Positions 17,804 through 29,135 of a DNA stretch of 32,000 nucleotides are shown one piece after another. This DNA is from Candidatus Lokiarchaeum ossiferum (lineage in GTDB: Archaea; Asgardarchaeota; Lokiarchaeia; Sigyniarchaeales; Promethearchaeaceae). The stretch covers positions 3,090,001 through 3,122,000 of the forward strand of contig CP104013.1 of assembly GCA_025839675.1 (NCBI GenBank). The letters run 5' to 3'. The notes below the pieces were generated by a model. The model was given only the letters and a program-made list of their open reading frames with translations, did not search any database and was not told the origin of the DNA. Each line of letters opens with the position of its first letter. The first letter of the stretch is position 1. The translations under genes were made by a program, and so were the position numbers.

Positions 17804-18067
17804 CTAATAAGAAATAAATTCATACAACGAAATATTCTTTTTTTCGAGTCTATGAAATTGAGTTAATTCTTGTTCAGTAGTGATTATTTCATAATCACGA
17901 ATTGAGAAATTATAGTCCATTATAATAATAAATTGATGGGAACATACAGTTCCACTTTTGATAGGGAATTTAAGCAAGGAACCTGCATCAAAATTAAAAA
18001 TATCATCTGAAAGAGTGATTCTCCGGGATTTAGAACAAACCGGACATATTATTCTAACTTTACGCAT
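17804..18067 (-). CDS. Hypothetical small Cys-containing protein (CPVC...CSH)
   Basis: 87 aa ATG ORF with AT-rich codon usage like its neighbours: MRKVRIICPVCSKSRRITL...GTVCSHQF. It lies about 95 nt downstream of the 23S 3' flank on the same strand. No recognised family. Confidence 0.4.
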   Translation of the reverse strand: MRKVRIICPVCSKSRRITLSDDIFNFDAGSLLKFPIKSGTVCSHQFIIIMDYNFSIRDYEIITTEQELTQFHRLEKKNISLYEFISY

Positions 18068-18237
18068 TTTTAGATCAATTATTTTTCAAAATTTTAATTT
18101 TAAATTTCTATATTTTTTATCAATAAAAATATATGAACCAATATCAAAAGTAGTAAAATCAGCCCATGGCAAAGTCCTGTTGTACCAATTGTATTAGCTC
18201 TGTATGAAATCCGGTTCCTTGGCTGATTCAAAGCCAG

Positions 18238-21440
<3,203 letters not shown>

Positions 21441-21968
21441 TTAATCAGGAACGAACCCTGATTACTTATCTGAGACGAATTGTCTCGAACGGTCTTCATA
21501 CTACTTCGTAGGTTATCAAAATCGTTGGGAGACTTTTGATAACCTGGAATTTTAATACAATAATTAATTGTTTTTGACTTAATATGCATTTCACGATCTA
21601 GTTACTTTGCATATATGTGTCGGTACAACATGTTATCCGAATTGAATGCTAATTGTAGTTCAAAAAGTAGAAGTGTACAAATTTAACACGAACATTGGAT
21701 CACTTTAACCTGATCAGATGTTACAAAACGAATAAGACTTTGCCATGGGACCAATGTTCATGCGTAAACGCATGCTGAACGGAGATTCGCCCGGATATTC
21801 CGACTATTCCAATCAAACTGAGTGGTGTTCTGTAACAGAACCAATAATCAGACCGATGCCTCAACGTTCCCATATCAACACGAGATCGATGTTTTTGGCT
21901 TGTTGTCGGTCAAAACATCGTCGCACTTTTGATATGCTTTTGAGATTAGATCGAGTTTGATAACTAAA
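21441..21968 (-). other. Putative pre-23S rRNA 5' leader (structured, more GC-rich than the surrounding spacers)
   Basis: It lies between a candidate TATA box (21993-22000) and the 23S 5' end. It contains several strong hairpins, for example CGATGTTTTG...CAAAAACATCG, CATGCG-TAAA-CGCATG and GGTTATCAAAA...TTTTGATAACC, plus the 5' halves of the flank pairings. The extent is inferred. Confidence 0.45.
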
Positions 21969-21992
21969 TCTAAGATAATAAGAGGTCTCTAA

Positions 21993-22000
21993 TATTTAAA
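21993..22000 (-). promoter_or_regulatory. Candidate archaeal TATA box (TTTAAATA) for the 23S transcription unit
   Basis: The minus strand reads TTTAAATA, about 25-30 nt upstream of where the GC-richer leader begins (~21965). The sequence is nearly palindromic, so strand assignment is uncertain. Confidence 0.35.
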
Positions 22001-22254
22001 GTTAATGTCGCTTCTGAAGTAAAGTTTATATTAAATGCAGCTAACTTTGATTCCCGAAACATTAGATTTAAACATTTGCTCGTAATAATATTAAATCGAA
22101 ACTTGTAATTATTGAATGTATTAAAGTCATGGAATGATAAAAAAAAATGTGCAATTTATTAGATTTTTTTTAAAGAAGATTATCAAACAATACTCAGATA
22201 TGAATCCTTGAACTACCAAAAAAATAAGTTCAAATATAGCTAAAGTGACATTCC

Positions 22255-23598
22255 ATGAAAAATCCATTTAGTACCAAAATAATAAGAGAAAAAATAATAA
22301 TTTATTTAGATTTATCCAGTAAAGTTATATCAAAGAAAAATTTACTCAAAAACATCAATTCGTTTGTAATTGCTAAATTTGAATCAAATCCTCATCATGA
22401 TTTTAGCATTTTTTACTTTAAAGAGGGTGGAGAACCTGTTATTCAAGATGGATTAATTTCATCAAAAAGTGTCAAACAAGCAATTGAAATTGCATATGAT
22501 GAAAGATCTAATACTTCAAATTACTTTGAAAATGGACTTTTCTTTTGTTTAAGTGGCATTGCTTCTTCATTTTTAGCTCAAGCAATCACTTTTAGGATAA
22601 TAGTTTTTTCAGATTTACCAAGCGAAAAAAATACTCAATATATGGATGCATTGATGAACTTAGTCGAAACTGTTCGTACATTTCCAACTTTCATCGATAT
22701 TATAAGAATTGGAGATGAAAGATTATATTCTGATGATGTTAAATTACGAATAATTACAACACTTACAAATGGTGGTTTATTTTATATTAATTCAGCAAAA
22801 AACTTAAAAGAAGCACTTGCAGGTTTAGTTCATAATAAAATTCTTCCAGATTTAAGATCTGAAGGAGGTCAATCTATTTCAGATCAACATAAATTGTATT
22901 ACATGGATCTTTCCTTGGAATTAAATCAACCTCCAATCCATCAACGATTGAAGTTAAAATGCAATTTGTGTGAAGATGGATTATGCCAGTATTGCAATAA
23001 TTCGAGTGATCTCTTGAAAACATGTCCTTCATGCGGAATAGCTTTACATGAATGTTGTTCTGCTTTGTATTCATGGAATTATAATATCGGAATGAAAAAT
23101 ATATTTCGCTGTCCTAGTTGTGGCAGTTTAATTAGATTGGATGAAAAAACAGTATATCGAGTGAATGGAGTAGAATTTCTCAATGAAATTGGAGAAAATA
23201 CGAAAGAAAAAACTTTAGAACCGGAGGAAATTGAGGAAAGTTGGAAACCTGAATCAATTCAAAAACCAAAACCGATCAAAATACCGAGTTCTATCGGAAG
23301 ACAAACTAGCAATCACGAAACAAAAAGAAAACCCTTAAAAACTAAAATGGGGTTATTTGGACCACGACCTGTGCCGTCAAATCGTGATGTTGAATTCAAT
23401 CCAACAATAGAAAATAAAGATGATAGCTTGATAAAACCTGAACCACAAAAAAAAATAACAGTAGCAGAATTGCGATTGAGAAGAGAAAAGAGAAGAGAAT
23501 CAACCAAATCACAAGTAGTCGTGTGCCCAGTGTGTTCTTCTTATGCTAAACCAGGAACTGTCAAATGTCCAAAATGTGGATGTCCTATTAGATCTTAA
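22255..23598 (+). CDS. Rpn10/Ssl1-type VWA domain protein with a C4HC3 (PHD/RING-variant spacing) zinc finger, disordered linker and terminal zinc ribbon
   Basis: Residues ~12-195 resemble the Rpn10/p44 VWA: IIIYLDLSS...AKFESNPHHDFSIFYF...FRIIVFSDLPSE...FIDIIRIGD. Residues 236-289 read C-x2-C-x4-C-x2-C-x9-C-x2-C-x4-H-x2-C-x17-C-x2-C. The C-terminus is CPVCSSYAKPGTVKCPKCG. Confidence 0.7.
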   Translation: MKNPFSTKIIREKIIIYLDLSSKVISKKNLLKNINSFVIAKFESNPHHDFSIFYFKEGGEPVIQDGLISSKSVKQAIEIAYDERSNTSNYFENGLFFCLSGIASSFLAQAITFRIIVFSDLPSEKNTQYMDALMNLVETVRTFPTFIDIIRIGDERLYSDDVKLRIITTLTNGGLFYINSAKNLKEALAGLVHNKILPDLRSEGGQSISDQHKLYYMDLSLELNQPPIHQRLKLKCNLCEDGLCQYCNNSSDLLKTCPSCGIALHECCSALYSWNYNIGMKNIFRCPSCGSLIRLDEKTVYRVNGVEFLNEIGENTKEKTLEPEEIEESWKPESIQKPKPIKIPSSIGRQTSNHETKRKPLKTKMGLFGPRPVPSNRDVEFNPTIENKDDSLIKPEPQKKITVAELRLRREKRRESTKSQVVVCPVCSSYAKPGTVKCPKCGCPIRS

Positions 23599-23640
23599 AT
23601 ACTAAATTGTAGGAAAAAAGTACTTTTCTTTTTGTTATTT

Positions 23641-24384
23641 CTATACATCGTAGGTTCCTTGAGATATCTCATATATTTTAAAAGAATTTTCACATTGAGC
23701 ACATTTTAATGTAGTAGAATCATTTGGACTAACGCTACCTGGAAATGAGAATCCCAAACCTTTTAAAAACAACGAATCACACTTTTCGCAACGAAAACAC
23801 AAATAGCCTTGATTTTTTTCTTTATAATAGTTAATGATTTCATTATCGGTCATTCCAGTTGAACCAAAAGAATAACTGCCGTTTAAATCATATTTTGAAG
23901 CCATGTAAAATGCATCTTCTCCATCTCGATAATAATGACCAATAATTCTGATTCGTTCGAATCTATGAAGCTTCTCGTAAAGAAATATCGCCCCAGCATT
24001 GGACACTCTAACTTCTAAGACATACTCTGAAATATTATATTTTGTAACAATTTCCATGCTTCTTTCAAGTAAGGCATTCGCAACACCAATCCGGCGAAAT
24101 TCAGATAAAACAGCCAAAGATACAAGATGGGCTTTTTTTACATAATCCAATCCAAATGAGGAAGGACCACGTTCAATTCTCCACATAATATAGCCAATTA
24201 TTTTCTTTGGATCATCTTCCAGATAAGCAAGTTGGAAAGAATCTGGATACCGTTCGAGAATTTGTTCATAGAAGAATAAAGGATAATTTTCAGGAAGAGT
24301 TGTTTCATTCACATCCATAACTAAGGAAATATCATCAGAAGTACATGGTCTCAAAGAGAACTTCGTATTATTCACTGCAGACAT
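23641..24384 (-). CDS. N-terminal acetyltransferase (GNAT, Ard1/Naa10/RimI-like) with a C-terminal Cys4 zinc-ribbon extension
   Basis: Acetyl-CoA motif RRIGVANALLERS and the NAT-typical YYRDGEDAFYM. The C-terminal ~60 aa contain CFRCEKC...CAQCENS. Confidence 0.8.
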   Translation of the reverse strand: MSAVNNTKFSLRPCTSDDISLVMDVNETTLPENYPLFFYEQILERYPDSFQLAYLEDDPKKIIGYIMWRIERGPSSFGLDYVKKAHLVSLAVLSEFRRIGVANALLERSMEIVTKYNISEYVLEVRVSNAGAIFLYEKLHRFERIRIIGHYYRDGEDAFYMASKYDLNGSYSFGSTGMTDNEIINYYKEKNQGYLCFRCEKCDSLFLKGLGFSFPGSVSPNDSTTLKCAQCENSFKIYEISQGTYDV

Positions 24385-24437
24385 AGTTTTATTACCATTT
24401 TATTTATTTTATTTGAGGTTTGTTGTCAATCGGGATG

Positions 24438-25214
24438 CTAAATTTTGGATTGTAAATATTGGATCATATGAATCAGTGATTGATCAAGATTTTTCTTCTG
24501 ATTAAAGTTATTTTTTATACCTTTAATTTTTTCAGCTTTCATTTTTTTCATTGAACGTGCGATATTTACCATTTTAGGAATGCATCGAATTAAATTATCA
24601 ACAATTGTAATATGAGATTTTTGGGCAGTTCTACTTAAAGGATTCAAATCAATAGCGATGACTTTCTTTCCACTCTCGATCAAAGCTTCAGCACGATCTC
24701 CATCTTCAAGTGGGATCAGAACGACATCTGCAGAAAAAATCCCATCCGGATCCACAATTCGCCGATTGGAAGAAAGATTGTTTAATTTAACAGATACTTT
24801 TTCATTTAAACCCAATATTTTATCAGCACCATTATCTCGCAAAATTTGCTCAATAGCATTTAAACGACCAGGGGCTTGATAAAATAAGTTAATTTCTAGT
24901 AAAGATCCAGTTTCATTTGAAAAATCAACAATTTCTTTAGGAATAAGTGCGGCAACATTCCCATTTACACTGATTACTGGATGTTTAGCAGACAATATCA
25001 TTGCAACTGCTGCTTCCATTGCGTTTTCTGCAGCGTCTGTGGTAGTTTCCCCAAGAATATAATCGTAAGCCTCCCCCCTACCATGTGCACATAATCCGGA
25101 AGGAGTGACTATCTTTTTTTCCATACCGTCAACTAGTACATGGCGATAATGGAGACTTTGTGCTCTAGGATGATCCTCGGGTATCGTTGGATTGTTTTTA
25201 TTATTGGACATCAT
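24438..25214 (-). CDS. Archaeal phosphopantothenate synthetase (4-phosphopantoate--beta-alanine ligase)
   Basis: Long collinear similarity to the Thermococcus-type PPS as I recall it: HPRAQSL.YR, GL.AHGRGEAYDY.LGE, SVNGNVAAL.PKE, LEINLFY, PLEDGDR.EAL, IDLNPLSRTA, ITIVDN. Confidence 0.88.
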   Translation of the reverse strand: MMSNNKNNPTIPEDHPRAQSLHYRHVLVDGMEKKIVTPSGLCAHGRGEAYDYILGETTTDAAENAMEAAVAMILSAKHPVISVNGNVAALIPKEIVDFSNETGSLLEINLFYQAPGRLNAIEQILRDNGADKILGLNEKVSVKLNNLSSNRRIVDPDGIFSADVVLIPLEDGDRAEALIESGKKVIAIDLNPLSRTAQKSHITIVDNLIRCIPKMVNIARSMKKMKAEKIKGIKNNFNQKKNLDQSLIHMIQYLQSKI

Positions 25215-25389
25215 TTATCCACCTAAAATTAACTTTTTCATTGCAAGTTAAGAATTAAATTTTTATAAACAGATAATTGTTAAAAGAAAATTTCGGATTT
25301 GAAATTAATTAAAACTACAATTTAAAAACATAAAGTTGAAAAAATTTGCACAACTCATTTTATTATAAAAAAATCAACGAGAGTTTATT

Positions 25390-26658
25390 ATGTCCACAAA
25401 ATCAAAAAAAGAAGATGATTCCTATAAACGATATGTTTTAAAAAAAAATTTAGATATCCTGAAAAATAAAAAAGGATTTCATACTGGACTAATCTCGCTA
25501 TTAATCCCACCTTCCCGAAAAGTTCACGATGTGATGAGTTATTTGAAGAACGAAGTTAGTGAAAGTTCTAATATTAAATCAAAAGGGAATAGAAAAAATG
25601 TAATGGATAGTATCAGTGCTTTAATGGGCAGATTGCGACTTATAAAATCCTTTCCACCCAATGGATTAGCAATGTATTCTGGTCAGATTCCTGAAGATGG
25701 AAAACCTGGGACAGAACAGAGCGAATTATATATGATAGAGCCCACCGAACCTCTAACAACTTTTAAATATTATTGTTCTTCGGAATTCTTAATAGATCCT
25801 TTACTCGATATGATCCGAGAGAAGGGGACTTATGGAATTGTAAATATTGAAAATAAGGAAGCTGCAGTTGGTTATATCAGTGGTTCAAAACTAGTAATTT
25901 CGAAAACTTTCACATCCGGAGTTCATAGTAAACATAAAGCAGGAGGACAATCTCAACGCAGGTTAGAACGATTAATTGAAGAGGGCGCTCAAGCTTTCTA
26001 TAAACACGTTTCGGAATTTGTCAATTCTGTGTTTGTTGATATAGAAGATCTTGAAGGAATTTATGTTTCTGGAGCTGGAATGAGTAAGGAAAAATTTGTC
26101 AATAAGGGGGATCTGGATTACCGTTTGAAAGACAAAGTTCTCGGATTTGTTGATGTAAGCTATTCAGGAGAAGCAGGAATTAGAGAAACAGTAATTAAAA
26201 TTCAAGATAAGTTACAAGATCTCCAGTATATTAAAGAAAAAAAAATCTTCAATCAATTTATGAAGGAAATTGTTAAAGATACAGGTAAAGTCACCTATGG
26301 AGAAGTGGAAGTACGCAAAGCATTGATCGCAGGAGCCATAGATGTTCTTCTTATGTCAGAAAAATTGAATAAAACAAGATTGACTGTGAGTTGCACCCAA
26401 TGTGGCCAAGAAAATTTGGTTACAATAGATCCTAGTGAGGTAGATTCCTTTTATGAACAAATTCGAATCAGTCAATGTCCATCATGTCAATCAAATCAGA
26501 ATTCAGTTTCCAGTGAGGTAGATTTAATTGAAGATCTTGGTGCAATTGCTGAAGAACAAGGAACCAAAATTATGATGATGTCAACTGATACTGAAGAAGG
26601 TACTACATTATTTCAAACATTTGGAGGAATAGCTGCATTATTGCGCTTTGTAATGTAA
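25390..26658 (+). CDS. prf1: Peptide chain release factor aRF1 (eRF1 homolog)
   Basis: NIKS motif at aa 61-64 (nt 25570-25581), GGQ motif at aa 185-187 (nt 25942-25950), and the length and three-domain layout of aRF1. Confidence 0.95.
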   Translation: MSTKSKKEDDSYKRYVLKKNLDILKNKKGFHTGLISLLIPPSRKVHDVMSYLKNEVSESSNIKSKGNRKNVMDSISALMGRLRLIKSFPPNGLAMYSGQIPEDGKPGTEQSELYMIEPTEPLTTFKYYCSSEFLIDPLLDMIREKGTYGIVNIENKEAAVGYISGSKLVISKTFTSGVHSKHKAGGQSQRRLERLIEEGAQAFYKHVSEFVNSVFVDIEDLEGIYVSGAGMSKEKFVNKGDLDYRLKDKVLGFVDVSYSGEAGIRETVIKIQDKLQDLQYIKEKKIFNQFMKEIVKDTGKVTYGEVEVRKALIAGAIDVLLMSEKLNKTRLTVSCTQCGQENLVTIDPSEVDSFYEQIRISQCPSCQSNQNSVSSEVDLIEDLGAIAEEQGTKIMMMSTDTEEGTTLFQTFGGIAALLRFVM

Positions 26659-26672
26659 TTTTTTTCTACTCA

Positions 26673-27665
26673 TCATTCAATAAAAAATGGTCCTTTATCA
26701 CAAATTTTTAAAATTTGAAGAGCAACAATGGAACTAAACCGCATGAATTCTTTTTTAACTGCTTCTACTTCACTTGAGTGACAGATACAAAAAACAGATT
26801 TCCCTAACATATTCATACTTGCACCAAAATGTGAAATCTGATTTAGAGCAGAGATTAAAGATTTTAGGTCCATTAAATTGAGGCGTTCTAAAAGCTGGGT
26901 TTCTATTAGAAACTTTTTACAGACAAACATATAATTTAATAAAGAAAAATCCGCTTTCATCCTTTTCATTGCTTTTCTTCCTTTCAAATGAATTAGTTGT
27001 TTGTAATTTGTGTCAGTTAATATAAACCTGGTTGAAATGGGCCCAAATGAACCAACTACGATACGAATTCCTGACGGAATCTCAATTTTTTGCATATTAA
27101 AAGGAAATCCTGGTTGTAAAGATATACTTAATCCACCAACAAATTGCCCTCCAACAGTACCTAATCCAGTATGATTCATTACTTCAGCAATATGAGCATA
27201 TTTTCCGAGTTCATCATTAGATAATCCCAATTTATACAACTTATTTAAACCAAAAGTGATTCCCAAGGCTCCGGCACCACTTGAACCATAGCCAGAACCT
27301 TGAGGCAAATCAAAAGTGTGATATACTATCAGCGAATCCGTACCATTTAGGTATGATTTCATCAATTCTATAGCACTTCGAGAAGTATTAGCTTTTGATG
27401 TGCAATCAATTCCATCAATGAAAATAGAATATTGCATCTTATTAGGAATTGGATGAGATTCAGAGTACTTCTGTCGAATGATAACAGTTTTTCCAAAAGC
27501 ATTTAAAGCGGGACCGCCCCCACGAGAACCAATCTTGACAAAATCATCTGAATTTCTATATTCGTGTTGATTAGATGGATCTTGCATCTGAAAAAAACCA
27601 GAAATTCGAAGAGGTACCCAAACTTCTACTCTATTTGATGAAGATTTTATTTTGGTTGAATTCAT
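26673..27665 (-). CDS. GHMP-family kinase, probable archaeal pantoate kinase
   Basis: GHMP motif PQGSGYGSSGAGALG and an N-terminal PLRISGFF. The size fits. The PoK assignment, rather than shikimate or mevalonate kinase, leans on proximity to the phosphopantothenate synthetase gene. Confidence 0.62.
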   Translation of the reverse strand: MNSTKIKSSSNRVEVWVPLRISGFFQMQDPSNQHEYRNSDDFVKIGSRGGGPALNAFGKTVIIRQKYSESHPIPNKMQYSIFIDGIDCTSKANTSRSAIELMKSYLNGTDSLIVYHTFDLPQGSGYGSSGAGALGITFGLNKLYKLGLSNDELGKYAHIAEVMNHTGLGTVGGQFVGGLSISLQPGFPFNMQKIEIPSGIRIVVGSFGPISTRFILTDTNYKQLIHLKGRKAMKRMKADFSLLNYMFVCKKFLIETQLLERLNLMDLKSLISALNQISHFGASMNMLGKSVFCICHSSEVEAVKKEFMRFSSIVALQILKICDKGPFFIE

Positions 27666-27733
27666 ATCGTCAAAGAAAAGTATCTGGGAACAAAAAAGAA
27701 TATTTTCAATCCGAACATCCTTAAATTTATATC

Positions 27734-28450
27734 ATGTCTAATAAACGCATCTTGTTAAAAGTCGGTGGATCATTGCTTTTTGATAAAAACTTAGAAATTC
27801 GTGAAGAAATCGTTAAAAATTTTGCGCAAATATTAAAAAACGCAAAATCTGTTGTTTCAGTAGTAGTTGGCGGAGGAAAAATTGCACGTACATATATTAA
27901 TGCAGCACGTGCACTTGATGCTGGGGAATCTCTCTGTGATACTTTTGGTATCGAAGTTTCTCGTCTCAATGCAAGGCTTTTGATAGCTGCTTTGGAGGAT
28001 AAAGCATACCCTGAACCTATAACTAACTTAAAAGAAGCTCGATCTTCAACACTCTGGAATAAAATCTTAGTAGCAGGAGGATTTGTCCCAGGACAAAGCA
28101 CAACATCAGTTACTTTTGAAATGGCAGAAGCTTTGAAAGCAACTGATGTTTTAATTCTTACAAATGTTGATGGAATATACGATAAAGACCCAAATAAATT
28201 TCCAACTGCTTCTAAATTTGACGAAATTGGTATCAAAAAATTAGAAGAGGTGATTTATGGGGAAGGGGGCAGTTCCCAATCAGCAGCGGGTGAATACCGC
28301 ATTTTTGATGCAGTGTCTTTACAAATTTTAAAACGAAGTCGTTTAGCTGTCAGACTCATCAATGGGGAAAAATTCGAAGAATTAAAACAGCTATTAGTTG
28401 AGGAAGACTTTGAGAATCTCATTGGCACCAAAATCCTCCACTCCTTATAA
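27734..28450 (+). CDS. pyrH: Uridylate (UMP) kinase, archaeal type
   Basis: Amino-acid-kinase fold motifs: ILLKVGGSLL, VVVGGG.IAR, LVAGGF.PGQSTT, LTNVDGIYDKDP. Confidence 0.85.
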   Translation: MSNKRILLKVGGSLLFDKNLEIREEIVKNFAQILKNAKSVVSVVVGGGKIARTYINAARALDAGESLCDTFGIEVSRLNARLLIAALEDKAYPEPITNLKEARSSTLWNKILVAGGFVPGQSTTSVTFEMAEALKATDVLILTNVDGIYDKDPNKFPTASKFDEIGIKKLEEVIYGEGGSSQSAAGEYRIFDAVSLQILKRSRLAVRLINGEKFEELKQLLVEEDFENLIGTKILHSL

Positions 28451-28507
28451 CTACGAAAGGGATCATTTCAGAAAAAATAAAAACAATGGAACTTTAATTA
28501 CCATAAG

Positions 28508-28517
28508 TTTATTTAAA
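28508..28517 (+). promoter_or_regulatory. Candidate TATA box (TTTATTTAAA) for the tRNA-Leu gene
   Basis: A/T box centred about 24 nt upstream of tRNA position 1 (28536), the usual archaeal TATA-to-start spacing. Confidence 0.5.
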
Positions 28518-28535
28518 CGCAATTTTTTTTCATTT

Positions 28536-28669
28536 GCAGGGATAGCCAAGCCTGGTCAATCTCCTATAGGCGCAAAAAATTTAGCGTCACACTCTTTTGG
28601 AGGACTATCGGCGCTGGACTCAAGATCCAGTCCTGTAGGGGTACGTGCGTTCGAATCGCACTCCCTGCA
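28536..28669 (+). tRNA. tRNA-Leu (anticodon CAA) with an insertion of about 49 nt (putative non-canonical intron) in the D-arm
   Basis: Acceptor GCAGGGA/TCCCTGC plus discriminator A. D-arm start TA-GCC-AAGCCTGGTCAA. D 3' strand GGC-G at 28610-28613. Anticodon arm CTGGA-CT-CAA-GA-TCCAG (anticodon at 28621-28623). Long variable arm TCCTGTAGGGGTAC. T-arm GTGCG-TTCGAAT-CGCAC. An oligo-T tract follows at 28671-28678. Confidence 0.85.
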
Positions 28670-28756
28670 CTTATTTTTAAAACATTAAACATCTCTCTAA
28701 AAATTTTGAAATAGGTACTAAAAAAAACTTATAAAACAGTAGGGACGAAGAATTGA

Positions 28757-29095
28757 TCAAAGAAATCCTCGAACTTTTTTAAAGAAAAATATTAATTCTA
28801 CAACAGCAGGATGCTCAGAATTTAATCTAACCATTCTTGGTGGGCTCTGAGCATGGGTTTCAATTATCTTCTCCTCAACAAAATCATTTTGCAATAGCTG
28901 ATCTAAAATCCTTTTTCCACTACTTTTTGCAACTTTTGCTTGTGAAGCAATATTAGAAAAATTCCTCCACAAAGTTTTGCCTTCAATTTGTTCTTCCAAG
29001 GCATTTCTCAGCAAAATTTCGAGAATTTTAATATTCACACTGCTTCCAAATAGCTTTGTCAAGTAAAATGACGATTTGCGGGATGGGTGACTCAT
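28757..29095 (-). CDS. Probable winged-helix transcriptional regulator
   Basis: 112 aa. NIKILEILLRN...NFSNIASQAKVAKSSGKRILDQLLQNDFVEEK fits a wHTH (helix - recognition helix - wing) pattern. Weak call. Confidence 0.4.
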   Translation of the reverse strand: MSHPSRKSSFYLTKLFGSSVNIKILEILLRNALEEQIEGKTLWRNFSNIASQAKVAKSSGKRILDQLLQNDFVEEKIIETHAQSPPRMVRLNSEHPAVVELIFFFKKVRGFL

Positions 29096-29135
29096 AAATA
29101 TTGTCTCGATCAGAAAATTAAAAAAAATTTTCCTT

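Noticed and set aside
17958-18197. 79-aa + strand ORF overlapping the 87-aa minus-strand gene and the rRNA 3' flank.
   Set aside because: It is antisense to a more plausible ATG-initiated ORF and it runs into the processing-stem sequence. Its peptide is low-complexity.
21745-21960. 71-aa + strand ORF (MGPMFMRKRM...) upstream of the 23S gene.
   Set aside because: Its composition is unlike native genes and it is full of hairpins. It contains the 14-nt element that pairs with the 23S 3' flank. It is better explained as pre-rRNA leader.
27727-28236. 169-aa minus-strand ORF overlapping pyrH.
   Set aside because: It is antisense to a UMP kinase gene with all its family motifs, and it shows no motifs of its own.
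28398-28688. 96-aa + strand ORF spanning the pyrH 3' end and the tRNA locus.
   Set aside because: It reads straight through a well-formed tRNA-Leu gene and its promoter and terminator. It is an artefact.
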